Origin: a virus
DNA length: 58,116 nt
Virus genome (UHGV): UHGV-0195737
Reading direction: 5' to 3' (one strand)
Part shown: piece by piece, positions 1-10,200 of the stretch
Layout: every line of letters begins with the position of its first letter
How positions within the stretch are numbered: position 1 is the first letter of the stretch
Notes under the pieces: model-generated
The model's database searches: none
The model's input: only the letters and a program-made list of their open reading frames with translations
Told to the model about the DNA's origin: nothing
Position numbers and translations under genes: made by a program

Positions 1-61
1 AGATAAAATATATTGAGATAAAACATGATGTTACGAATGATTTTTCACCTTTAATCTTTGA

Positions 62-83
62 TTTGGTCACAATTTGGTACACA
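62..83. repeat. Left copy of imperfect 22-bp direct repeat (putative att-associated)
   Basis: TTTGGTCACAATTTGGTACACA matches 56196-56217 at 20/22 positions. Confidence 0.3.
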
Positions 84-110
84 AAAAGAAACGAGGCGTT
101 AGCCTCGTTT
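81..110 (-). terminator. Rho-independent terminator after tail-fibre gene
   Basis: 9-bp GC-rich stem AAACGAGGC/GCCTCGTTT followed on minus strand by CTTTTTGT. Confidence 0.5.
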
Positions 111-140
111 CGCGCGGCGATGTTCTTCGCACATCACCTC

Positions 141-1643
141 TTATTCTTCGCTTCCGGTTAACTGCTTAACAAGCGCAACCAGTTCGCTAACCTGATTTTC
201 AAGATTGGTGATGCGTTCATCCATGACAGCCGCGCTAGCGCGTAAGTTGGCGTTTTCTTCCTCCAGTGCGGTAACGCGATCATCTGTTTCGCGTGCCACC
301 TGGACAAGCAGACCAGTTACTGCGGCATAGTCTACGTTAAGGTAGCGTGTTTCTTCTCGCAGTTCATGACCGCTTTGTGTCGGGCCTGCCAGTTCTTCAC
401 CGTACTGAATAAACGATCCTACCGCTTCCGGGATGGCCTCCATACATTCCTGAGCGATAACACCAGCGTAAGGCAGGCCGTTTTCTTTCAGGGTGTAGGT
501 GTAACCATTCATTTTGCGGATCGCTGCGGTGGCGTCGCTAATGACCTGGATGTTATCTTTCAAGTCGCGGTCTGAGGATTGAGATAGCGAAGTGCAAGCA
601 ACGCTACCGTTAACATTAAGGGTCTGCGATGTGTCGCTTTGACGTTGAGCGTAAAACAGATAGCCTGTTGAAAGTTTTACCTCAAAGACGCTATAGCGAT
701 CCGAACCTTCGTAACCATCACCCCAGCATTGTACATACATGTCATGGTAAGCGTTACCGCTATTCTGGAGAACAAAAGATTTACCGGACATTCCACTAGG
801 TTGCACCAAATGCAAATCACAGGTAGATGTTAAGCCGCTATCACTAAGCGTTAAAGTCTGCGATGTGCCAGTTTGCCCGCCACTGTAAAGCTGTACAGAT
901 CCGTCGTCGCCATTCAGCATTACACCTTCGCTACCTAAATAATCTTCAAACCATACCTTATACGTCTGGCTCTTATATGTGCCAAGATACCAGCCCATGT
1001 TTTTTCCGGTGGAGTCGTAACCAGTAAGGCCGCAATTCATCGCACTGCGTTTCGACGTGTCGCCGATGATATGCAAATCGCCACCACCAGATCTAACCGC
1101 TGATGTGGTAGTCAGGCTGTTGACTGTTAAGTCAGTGGATGTGCTTAGGTCGTCTGTGGTTAATAAACGCTTCCAGCCATTATCCGTGCCAGCCTCAAAA
1201 GTCCTGGCCCAAAATTGGGATAAGCGCCCGGCAAACTGAACAGCATAGTTACCGCTGAATTGAACATGAAAACCACCGAACACGGTCGGATCTGATGGCC
1301 CATTAGTGCTGCCAGCCATAGGCTTAAATTTGTTTACGTTATCGGATATTTGCCCGCTCCAATCCGCGCCAGTGTGGGTAACGTGACCGCCAGGCGAGTG
1401 AAACGTGCCGTCTTTGTTAAAGTTAAAGAATTTATGTGCGGCGGCGGTTGTGAGATCGCGAACAATTACTTGGCCCTGGTTTTCTCCTGATCTGAATTCA
1501 GCCTGGCCGATTACTGCGCCAGTCGAATCTTTGAGCTTGGAATAAAATGTATTATTAACAACATCAACCCCTTGCGCCGTGAATGAATAACCGGAAAAAA
1601 CACCCTTTTCGGCGGTCACTTTACCTTCTGTTGTAATGCTCAT
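141..1643 (-). CDS. Tail fibre protein with C-terminal intramolecular chaperone (peptidase S74-like) domain
   Basis: 500 aa; SDRDLKDNI autoproteolysis-type motif and C-terminal coiled coil; strong SD AGGGGG upstream. Confidence 0.65.
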   Translation of the reverse strand: MSITTEGKVTAEKGVFSGYSFTAQGVDVVNNTFYSKLKDSTGAVIGQAEFRSGENQGQVIVRDLTTAAAHKFFNFNKDGTFHSPGGHVTHTGADWSGQISDNVNKFKPMAGSTNGPSDPTVFGGFHVQFSGNYAVQFAGRLSQFWARTFEAGTDNGWKRLLTTDDLSTSTDLTVNSLTTTSAVRSGGGDLHIIGDTSKRSAMNCGLTGYDSTGKNMGWYLGTYKSQTYKVWFEDYLGSEGVMLNGDDGSVQLYSGGQTGTSQTLTLSDSGLTSTCDLHLVQPSGMSGKSFVLQNSGNAYHDMYVQCWGDGYEGSDRYSVFEVKLSTGYLFYAQRQSDTSQTLNVNGSVACTSLSQSSDRDLKDNIQVISDATAAIRKMNGYTYTLKENGLPYAGVIAQECMEAIPEAVGSFIQYGEELAGPTQSGHELREETRYLNVDYAAVTGLLVQVARETDDRVTALEEENANLRASAAVMDERITNLENQVSELVALVKQLTGSEE

Positions 1644-1655
1644 TACTACCCCCTA

Positions 1656-1922
1656 TTAAGCCCATGCGCGGACGCCCGGATCTGGAACAATAAAGTCTTC
1701 CAGCGGGGCAATATCAATGTTGTCACTGGTTATGCGCATGTTGACGTAATACCCTTTGCGCTCGATTAAAACCGGGTTTTCACTTTCTGGATCGTCGAAT
1801 ACCAAAACAAAACCAATATCATCAATAAATACGGTTGACGGCTGGGCGTCCAGCCAGCCGCTATTAATCACAATGTCGTTATATTGTTGTTTATCAGTAA
1901 ACTGTAAGCTAATATCTCGCAT
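1656..1922 (-). CDS. Hypothetical protein between fibre genes
   Basis: 88-aa ORF with SD AAGGTGA, ATG start, packed between two fibre genes. Confidence 0.4.
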   Translation of the reverse strand: MRDISLQFTDKQQYNDIVINSGWLDAQPSTVFIDDIGFVLVFDDPESENPVLIERKGYYVNMRITSDNIDIAPLEDFIVPDPGVRAWA

Positions 1923-1931
1923 GTTATCACC

Positions 1932-4900
1932 TTAAACCTTTTCGAATAATTGCCCGTCGGTTAGCGCTTTGTGCCAGATACGGAAATTGCGGATGTGTCC
2001 GAATAAGTGGCGCTCACCTGTTGATGTTTGACCGCCGAATCTGATGTTTTTGTCCTGAGTTACTCCACCGTAAGAACATGTTGCATCTGCAACGGCTACA
2101 CCATTCATGATTACATGGAAAGTATCATCATCTTTAACTACCGCACCAATAATGGCCTTATTTGGCAATACGGAAGCGGCGGCGGAATTGATATAAGCTC
2201 CGTCACTTTTGGATAGAGACATGTAATACTTATCGCTACCACGGTTAACCGCAGCGATAACGCCCTGCCCCGTATTAGCGTTGGCAATATCAAAAACACG
2301 CGGCGCGGCGTTTGGCGCTCTGAACCAGTCCTTGTGAAGCTCGATCAGGAAACTGAACGGAGGACGCGCAAGGTTGTTTTTAGTCGTAATGCTTACTAGA
2401 TCGCTCGCACGGGTAGAAGGAGTTGAACCTGAGCAAATATACGATGATGCATTCGGGCCAAGCTCGACTTGAGGTGTCGCTAGTTCCATGTAGTCGCCGG
2501 ACACGAACGCGCTAACCGGAGCAAGCTGAATTTGTGCAGTAACCAGCGTTACGGTTGATTTATACGTCACCACTGCGCGATTCCATCCGGTGATGTTGTC
2601 TGTTGTTACACTAACAGTGATATTGTCTGCACCGCCGCCTGCTTTCGTTACAGTCATGTCGCTTAGTTTGATATACGCATCACACAGGAATGCCAGGCTG
2701 GAAGTATCTTCACCACCAGCAAAACGGATACGCAACCGGACGTCGCTTGACGAACGAAAACGACAAGAAACCGTGACGTACTGTTCATCGTGCTGAGTAG
2801 TGTCGATAACGTTAGCAGTGATCACTGATGCCATGTTGCAAGCACCAGTACCGCCAACTGCACTGTCGTCGATCACGAATTTTCCGTACAGGAAACCGTA
2901 GCTGTCAGTTTCTGCTGTAGCGGTGATATTAGTTGATCGGCCCCAACTTGCAGGAACGCTACCGTTAATAAAGAAGTTTGTGCGAGTACCTTCAATTAAT
3001 AATCCCTCGCGTTCGAAACGTGGCTCATCAATATCAGCAATGGTTAAAACACCGGATTTATTAATATAAGTCGCAGTGCTGGCGCGGGCGAAGCCCACCA
3101 CTTTATCCGACGGGATGGATGTGGTTTCGTCGTTAACCGTTACTTTCTTATAGCCAGGAGCGAAGCCTGCCAGCATATCAAGTGAATCGTTAAACGGTAT
3201 CCATACGTCAGGAAATGGTGCTTCTTCATGAATAAGTGGATCGGATTCGAATTTAGCCCAATCCGTCCAGGTTTCCAAATTGGCGTAATAGGTGCGCATG
3301 TAATACAAACCCGTCGAATTGTACGGGTAATATAATTGCGTGGCCCCGTTTGTATAGTTGCCGTTTTTCAGTACAACCAGTGCACCACCATATTTGCATG
3401 GGTAATGCAGTTCGGTTGTTGCTTTTGATGATGCGCCCTGCCAGTAAACACCGGAATAAGCGGCGGTAAGCGTATCCAGATCGGTGTCAGCTAGTGAGCT
3501 TTTTTGTTCGTGCATAGCGGCAAGGTTGGTGCGGGCCGTGGCTGCATCGTTTGCACCTGTACCACCATGTGATAAATCAAGCGGAATCCATTTTGATTGA
3601 GTGTCGCTATAACAGCCCCACGATGTTCCAGTAAGCCCTAAACGCATAGATGAATCTGCGTTATATACCCAGGTTTCACTACCCCATTGAGCAAGGCGAT
3701 CTACTTTTAAGTTTTCTCTTGCTTCGTCGACTGTTACAGCCCCTGTGCCGCCCTGTTCAATAGCTAACGCCTTCCAGCAATTATCAACCGGACTGTAATA
3801 ACCCCAGCGGCCCGTCGCGTCGAGCTGAAGATAGCACCCTGCTGTCGAGTCGTCCATAGAATAAACTACTGTCCGATTGCTGCCGCTTTGATTAAATCGA
3901 CTAACCTCATTTTTTCTTGCGTGTCGCGTCCATTGTGGGCCAGTGCTTTCACTCCAACGATAAGTATAAAGCGAGCGTGTCCCCCACCCCTGGAAAATGC
4001 CTGTATATGATGGCGAACCATCGTTTACGCTAATGAAGCCTGTTAGATATGCTTCACCGTCCGCGACGTCTTCGGGCCATCCGGTGACGCCTTCGCGAAT
4101 ACGAATAAAGCCAATGTAAGCGGCGGGATTGCCGGAAATATCGGCGCAATCGCGCGGGGCGTTAGTTAGACCAATGTCACCCAATAACACACCAGAACTA
4201 AGAAAACGCGCCCATTCTGACCATGTGAAAGTTGCCGCATCAAAACTACGAAGATAAAACGAAGCATTATAGTTATAAGGGTAATAAATTTGCGTGCATC
4301 CAGAATCAGTATTAGCACTATTCCCAATCACAACAAGCGCACCCGCATTATTGCACGGATAATGGCGATCAGTAGTAGCTTGCGCGTTGAGTTTTTGGCG
4401 ATAAAAACCGGAATACTCGCCCGTGAGCGTATCCAGATCCGTGTCAGCAAGATCGGTTTTTTGCTCGTACATTACTTGTAAATTTGTGCGGGCTTGTCCG
4501 GCGTTACCGCCGCCCGTACCACCATAATTGATGCCTAACTTAATTGCCCCATCAACTGAATAAGCACCCCACCCCGTATTATTCACGAAGATGTAATTTT
4601 GGCCCACGCCGTCCCATAACTGCGTTTCGCCTGTTGAGTTACTCGTCTGCAATAAGCGGCTTACTTCATCCTTCCGGGCGTGACGTGTCCAGCCGTAAGT
4701 CCCATCGGCATTGTTATACATGTATGTATAAAGTGAGCGCGTGTTAGTTCCCACAAAACAGCCGTTAATGATCAGGCCGTCACCGCGTGCCAGCCAGCCT
4801 ACCAAGTAGACTTCACCGGAAGCGATAGACGGGAAACCCGTTGCGGTCGCCTCTTCCAGACGAACAAAGCCAATATAGGCTGATGGGTTAACTGTGCAAT

Positions 4901-5909
4901 CAGGCCAATCACGGCGATCAGCACCCAGGCCAATAAGAGATAGTGAATCTTCTGATAGTGATTTTGCTTGCTCCATGTAGGTTTTGGCGTTCGCTTCCGA
5001 AAGTGCGGCGGCGGTGGCTGATTCTGCGGCGGCGGCGGCATTAGCTGCAATTTCTTGTTCGTCTTCTGCAACATTGGCGGCGCTTGTTTCGGCAGCAGTG
5101 GCGGCTTCTGTAGCGATGGTGGCTTGTTCGGTTGCTGTGGTCGCTGATTCTGCGGCGTTATTCATCCAGATGTACGCCGTGCCGCGATGATCTTTTGCCT
5201 CTGCGGCGGCGGCCGCGGCGGCGGTGGCTTGTTCGGTCGCTACGGCTGCCTGTTCAGTTGCGACGGTTGCTTGCGCGGCGGCTTCGTCACGGGCCGTTTC
5301 GGTAGCGGTCTGCGCGGTCTGCGCGGCGCTGGCGGCATTAGTGGCGATGGTGGCTTGTTCGGTTGCCGTGGTCGCCTGCGTGGTGGCGGTGGCGGCATGT
5401 TTCCCAGCCAGTACGCTGTAATCTTCTGCGGCATTTTTCGCGGTAATAGCTTCATCCCGCGCGGCGGCGGTTGTTTCAACGTCTGCGGCGGTCGCGGCGG
5501 CGTTGGCGTTTGATTGCGCTGTTTCTGCCTGAATAGCGGCTAACAGTGCTTCAACCTGCGCGGCATCACCATAATTTTTCCAGTATTCGACGGCAGCATA
5601 GATCTCTGATTCTTGTCCGGTGAAATAGCGCAATGCCTCCGCTACGTCCTGGGCCAGCCCGTCAACCGAGATCGAATCGCACAGCAAAATACTGTAAGCA
5701 GTACCCGCCGGAATATCCGGTGATGCTGCCGGGGTTACAGACAATTCCGTTTCACTGACAATTTCAGTGATAGAAAAGATCTGAATGGGGTTACTTTTTA
5801 CGATAACAGTACACCCCACGCGGATCATGGATAGCGGCGCTTTAAAATTCGTACCCGTCCCGGTCAGCGTGTTACCGGATACGGCAATGCTTCCAATGGT
5901 GTAGATCAT
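1932..5909 (-). CDS. Long tail fibre protein, repeat-rich
   Basis: 1325 aa; Ala/Thr/Gln-rich low-complexity segment; two tandem copies of a ~250-aa module (TRHARK-EVSR, HYPC-GALVV-YYPYN). Confidence 0.65.
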   Translation of the reverse strand: MIYTIGSIAVSGNTLTGTGTNFKAPLSMIRVGCTVIVKSNPIQIFSITEIVSETELSVTPAASPDIPAGTAYSILLCDSISVDGLAQDVAEALRYFTGQESEIYAAVEYWKNYGDAAQVEALLAAIQAETAQSNANAAATAADVETTAAARDEAITAKNAAEDYSVLAGKHAATATTQATTATEQATIATNAASAAQTAQTATETARDEAAAQATVATEQAAVATEQATAAAAAAAEAKDHRGTAYIWMNNAAESATTATEQATIATEAATAAETSAANVAEDEQEIAANAAAAAESATAAALSEANAKTYMEQAKSLSEDSLSLIGLGADRRDWPDCTVNPSAYIGFVRLEEATATGFPSIASGEVYLVGWLARGDGLIINGCFVGTNTRSLYTYMYNNADGTYGWTRHARKDEVSRLLQTSNSTGETQLWDGVGQNYIFVNNTGWGAYSVDGAIKLGINYGGTGGGNAGQARTNLQVMYEQKTDLADTDLDTLTGEYSGFYRQKLNAQATTDRHYPCNNAGALVVIGNSANTDSGCTQIYYPYNYNASFYLRSFDAATFTWSEWARFLSSGVLLGDIGLTNAPRDCADISGNPAAYIGFIRIREGVTGWPEDVADGEAYLTGFISVNDGSPSYTGIFQGWGTRSLYTYRWSESTGPQWTRHARKNEVSRFNQSGSNRTVVYSMDDSTAGCYLQLDATGRWGYYSPVDNCWKALAIEQGGTGAVTVDEARENLKVDRLAQWGSETWVYNADSSMRLGLTGTSWGCYSDTQSKWIPLDLSHGGTGANDAATARTNLAAMHEQKSSLADTDLDTLTAAYSGVYWQGASSKATTELHYPCKYGGALVVLKNGNYTNGATQLYYPYNSTGLYYMRTYYANLETWTDWAKFESDPLIHEEAPFPDVWIPFNDSLDMLAGFAPGYKKVTVNDETTSIPSDKVVGFARASTATYINKSGVLTIADIDEPRFEREGLLIEGTRTNFFINGSVPASWGRSTNITATAETDSYGFLYGKFVIDDSAVGGTGACNMASVITANVIDTTQHDEQYVTVSCRFRSSSDVRLRIRFAGGEDTSSLAFLCDAYIKLSDMTVTKAGGGADNITVSVTTDNITGWNRAVVTYKSTVTLVTAQIQLAPVSAFVSGDYMELATPQVELGPNASSYICSGSTPSTRASDLVSITTKNNLARPPFSFLIELHKDWFRAPNAAPRVFDIANANTGQGVIAAVNRGSDKYYMSLSKSDGAYINSAAASVLPNKAIIGAVVKDDDTFHVIMNGVAVADATCSYGGVTQDKNIRFGGQTSTGERHLFGHIRNFRIWHKALTDGQLFEKV
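4990..5520. repeat. GC-rich tandem coding repeats inside fibre gene
   Basis: Repeated GGTGGCTTGTTCGGT-type units encoding AT(E/A)QAT-like repeats. Confidence 0.5.
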
Positions 5910-5952
5910 TGCAATGACTCCATTATGTTAATTAACGGAATAATTCTACCAT

Positions 5953-5968
5953 TTTGTGATCTATGTTA
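5953..5968. promoter_or_regulatory. CRP-like palindrome upstream of lipoprotein gene
   Basis: TGTGA-N6-TTACA about 100 bp upstream of the 6069 start, next to CCATTTTGT/ACAAAATG inverted repeat. Confidence 0.25.
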
Positions 5969-6068
5969 CATTTCTGGTTTATACAAAATGTGTTTGTTGA
6001 TTTACATCAATGTTGTAAAAATGCGGTTTATGGATACTACAACCAACGAAACAACGGAGGGTAAGACA

Positions 6069-6308
6069 ATGAAAGGTTTAAAAAATATCGCTATCGCTGC
6101 AATGGTTGCTGGTCTGGTTGGTTGTGCTGATATGCCAAAACGTGAATGTACAGCAATCTATCAAACTGGCGGTAATGAATATGCGGTTGCAGTCTTTGGC
6201 GTTGCAGATGTTGGCGGTCACAAAATGGTTAAGGCCGGGTATCCGTTCAATTTCCAATGGGTGAGCGTTGACCACTTCAAGAAAACGGATTGCCCGGAAC
6301 TGAATTAA
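6069..6308 (+). CDS. Small lipoprotein (moron; possible superinfection-exclusion lipoprotein)
   Basis: Start moved to internal ATG with SD GGAGGG; signal peptide with lipobox LVGC; opposite strand to flanking tail genes. Confidence 0.5.
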   Translation: MKGLKNIAIAAMVAGLVGCADMPKRECTAIYQTGGNEYAVAVFGVADVGGHKMVKAGYPFNFQWVSVDHFKKTDCPELN

Positions 6309-6904
6309 TCATAGGCGTCGGTTTTAATGGCGGTGATAGCGTTCCCGTGGTTAATGTAGCTGTAAGCCTGCTGCAAGCTACCAACCTGTTTTCCGCGAAT
6401 TCGTGTAGTGCTGCCGTTGTAGTATGCCTCTGTATATATTGTTGCAGAACCCATACCTACAACGGCCCCTAATATCTGAGGCACTACCGCATAAGATCCT
6501 GATAATGTTTGATCGATATAAATCCCCCCGCTCGATCCCGCCGTGCCTACTGTAACAAGGTCGGTTAATATTTTTGATTCATTGGTCAGTACCAATTCCC
6601 CGGAAGCGTTCCAGATAGCCATCCCCCATCTCGGCAGCGATGGCGGGAAGATGCTGAATATATACGCATACCCGTTACCAGGCGGGATCACTACCGTAGA
6701 TGATGATGCGCGATAAGCAAGCCCCGTGGCGGTGTCGTCGGTGTTTTTGATGAATACCATTACAGGCTTGCCGTCGGGTACAGCGATCGTTTGTTGCTGG
6801 CTGGAATTTAAGGCCACCCGCGAATATAAACACATCGGGGTAGAATCCGGCGTCACAAAAATATTGCCATTATCCAGGCGTAAATAAGCGCCAAAAGTAG
6901 CCAT
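6305..6904 (-). CDS. Hypothetical tail-associated protein (MATFG family)
   Basis: 199 aa; shares N-terminal MATFG with the next gene; SD ACGGAG. Confidence 0.4.
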   Translation of the reverse strand: MATFGAYLRLDNGNIFVTPDSTPMCLYSRVALNSSQQQTIAVPDGKPVMVFIKNTDDTATGLAYRASSSTVVIPPGNGYAYIFSIFPPSLPRWGMAIWNASGELVLTNESKILTDLVTVGTAGSSGGIYIDQTLSGSYAVVPQILGAVVGMGSATIYTEAYYNGSTTRIRGKQVGSLQQAYSYINHGNAITAIKTDAYD

Positions 6905-7215
6905 TATGCAATCTCCGTAAAAATAATCAGGTCACATTGTGATGCGGGCCATATATCAGCCCCTACCGTATCCCCTGCTGAGGAAATGGAAACAGTGCCG
7001 CCGGAAATACTAATCTTTCTGCGCGTTGACGATGTTGTACCATAATCAAGCGCCACGCCATAAGATAATTTGCACCCGGTTGGAACGGTAAAAGAATATG
7101 TGCCGGATACTTGCCCGGAAGACAAGGAAATATAGCCAACCACGACGGAAGGTTTGATTCCATAGTTATTAGGATTGCCGTTGGCGTCCCAGGTCGCTAT
7201 GCCGAAAGTAGCCAT
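6904..7215 (-). CDS. Hypothetical tail-associated protein (MATFG family)
   Basis: 103 aa; strong SD AAGGAGGTGA; paralogous N-terminus to 6305-6904. Confidence 0.4.
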   Translation of the reverse strand: MATFGIATWDANGNPNNYGIKPSVVVGYISLSSGQVSGTYSFTVPTGCKLSYGVALDYGTTSSTRRKISISGGTVSISSAGDTVGADIWPASQCDLIIFTEIA

Positions 7216-7265
7216 AATTTCACCTCCTTAATAAAACTGAGGCCGAACAAGTCGGCCCCTTGATT

Positions 7266-10200
7266 TTACCATGATCCGGTAATTCGCCCAATCTGGACGC
7301 GTAACACGCTATTTCCATCTCTGACAGAGATTGTTGTGTTCGTCCATTTCATCGCTCCTTCACCGCTTACTGATCCGTAGTTTTCGAATGTACCGGATTT
7401 ATCCAGCTTCCAGCCAGTACTACCGGAAACATAGTTATTTGACTGGATGTAAGATCCAATTTTCGCGTTAGTGATTGAGGCGTCTTTAATAAACGCTTCG
7501 CGCACATACATTGCACCATTTGTGACATAGAAAGGCGTTGTATATGTGCCGTTTGCCGCTGTCATTAATACAAAGCGGTCAGCAAGGAAAATACATTGCG
7601 ATTGCGTACTCGTACCGCTGCCAGTCAAGCCAAGCGAGATCCCGGAAAAATATTTCATGCCGTTGTTGTCTGCGGCGATCTTAACGCTCCACGTTGCCGA
7701 CATGTCGGTTTCAAGGCCAGCGATGGCGGTTTTATTTTCCTCAATTGATACCGATTGCCCCTCGATTGACGCCGTAATACTTTCAATCTGCGTGGCGGTC
7801 GATTCCTTATAGGTTGTAAACGCTTCGCTCCACTCCGTGATCGACGCCTCGTTTGCTTCCAGCGATGCGCTAATTTCCGCAAACTGAGTAGCATTAGCTT
7901 GTTCATGGGTGGCAAGCGCGGATTGCATTTCGGTAATAGCTGCCGCCACATCGTCGTCTATTTGCGCCTGTAGTTGCTCCAGCTTCTGCGCGGTTGCTTG
8001 TTCATTGGTTGCGATCGTCTGATTAGTTTCAGTGATTGCAGCCTCATTCTCATCAATCTGACTTTGCAGGCTATTAAACTGCGTAGCGTTGGCTTTTTCG
8101 TGGGTAGCGAGTGCTTGCTCCATGTTGCTTATTGCTGACGATATATCACCATCTACTTTAGCCTCAAGGTTGCTAATAGATTCAGATGTGGATGATTCCA
8201 GATCGGTGATCGTCTGGTTAATCTCCGTTATGCTTGCCTGAATATCTTCGTTGACCTGGCTTTCTAATTTTTCGATCGACTGGCTTGTCGAACTTTCAAG
8301 CGTTGCAATGGTTTGTTGCAGTTCGGTTACGTTGGCGCTGATTTCGTCATTGACCTTGCTTTCGAGTGTCGTAAGCGCCTGCGCGGTCGCTTCTTTCTCT
8401 GTAGCGATCACAGTGTCGATGCGCTCAATCTCCGCCTTCGTTTCTGCTTTCTGGTTTTTATACTGTGCCGTCAACGTGGTGCGCGTGCTGGTGTTAGCCA
8501 GTGAGTTATTCATAAGCGCAATAGCTGCGTTTTGCAGGCTGGCGCGTGTCTGGATTAGTTCATTTTCCTGTTCAGTTAACTCGACGCTGATTTCGTTGAT
8601 CTGGCTTTCATGTTCTCCAATTCCATCCTCATTGTTTTTCACGCGTTCTTCCAGGTCTGCGGTCGATTCTTTCAGATCGGTAACAGCCTGGTCAATATCT
8701 ACCGTGGTTTGTTTCAGTTCTTCCACATCGCCCATCAAGCCGCCTGTTACCTCGTCGATGGTTTCTTTAATCATGTCCTGAAATTGCTCACCCTCCATAA
8801 CTTCATTCAGCACGGCATCCGTGATTTCTTCGAAGTTTTCGGACGGCTTACCACTGGCTTCGATAAAGTCAGATACGCCGAAAGCGTTTTTTGTGCGCAC
8901 GTAAACGTAATACGTGTGGCCCGTTGCCATCCCGCCAAAAGTCCACTGATAGCCGCGCCCGGAAAATTGCGCTGATGTTGTTACCAGTGAGAAGTCAGTA
9001 ATCTGGTTTTCTCCAGCGTAATAGAATTCGTAAGTAGTATCAGTCGTTAGCGTGCTGTTGCTGATCGGGTAAACAGTCGCCTGAAAAACACCTGGCACCC
9101 AATTAACACCAGTCGGCGCGGCAGGCGCACCAACAATAAGATCTACCAGTGTTTCCGCTCCCTTCATCCCGGTGTCATTGCGCCCACGAATACCAAGCGA
9201 ATAATTACCGCACTCAAGGCCGAAAAAGTCATACCGGTAATTTTGCGTTTCGTAGCTCGCCACCACGCGCCCGTCGGTGTCATAAATGCGGATCTCAAAG
9301 GTTAATGCGCGGGTAGTGGTTTGAGTTTCCCAGGTGGCGCGGCATTGAACTGTTTCCGATCCAATGTTTATCACTTTCAGGTTTTCGATGTTCGGTACAC
9401 GGAAGTGATTCAGCGTGTCGCTGTTAACCTCAAAGATTGCGCCCTCATCGACAACCGCTTGCTTGTTCGGATCGTGCTGCGCGGCCTCAATGGTGTATAC
9501 GCTGTTATTTTCGGTTTCGGCTACGCTAGTGATTCGACATAAAACGGGTTTTGCCGCTTCGGTTGATACAGCAAATACAGTACCGTTCCGAATCCATGCC
9601 GGGGCCGCCGCTAAGGTGATCTCGTTTCCATTCACTCCGGTGATCTGGTGTTTTTTAAATTTACCATCGCTATCGAGCAAGCTGATGGTGTCGCCTGCCG
9701 TAATGTACTCGCTATCAACCTTATCAACCGTTATCACGTTCCCGTTATTCGCCACGATACGACCGCCTAAACGCGCGCCAGCACGGTTATTATCGAGAAT
9801 CTCGATAATATCCCCTGGTGTAAAGTGAATCGCGTCACGGGCCATTTTAAACGTGAATTTCGACGGCTCGCGTTTTGCTGTTTCTATCAGCCATTTGCCC
9901 GCGCGGTACGCTTGCCCGCGTGATGTACAGCCGAACGCCTCCAGTGTGGTTTCATTGTAACCATCGCGGGCGATTAGCTCATCATCCGCTACATACTCTT
10001 TTGATTGCTCCCAGCCGTTTTCCGGATCAGTCCAGGATACAATCACGGCGTTGTAACATTCCGCACGCGCAATGCTTGAACGGGTGAATGCACCATCAAC
10101 GACGTTTGCGTTTGTGATGGTTGCAATCGGATCTTGCGGTGCATCGAGCATTACAGTAAGTGTTTGACCGTCCCATAACGCAATCCCCCGGAACATTCCG

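Noticed and set aside
1-140. tRNA gene or tRNA 3' fragment at the attachment sites
   Set aside because: No tRNA-like sequence (acceptor stem, T-loop GTTC, CCA end) seen at either junction.
5187-5513. Gly/Arg-rich and Ala/Val-rich ORFs on both strands in the fibre repeat region
   Set aside because: Artefacts of GC-rich repetitive coding DNA; the long minus-strand fibre frame explains the sequence.
4990-8700. CRISPR array
   Set aside because: The only regular repeats are protein-coding (fibre and J coiled coil) and lack the repeat-spacer organisation and a leader.
8251-8781. 176-aa plus-strand ORF, with others at 9415-9828 and 10660-11139, inside the J gene
   Set aside because: Antisense to J, Ser/Leu-rich low-complexity translations without start signals.
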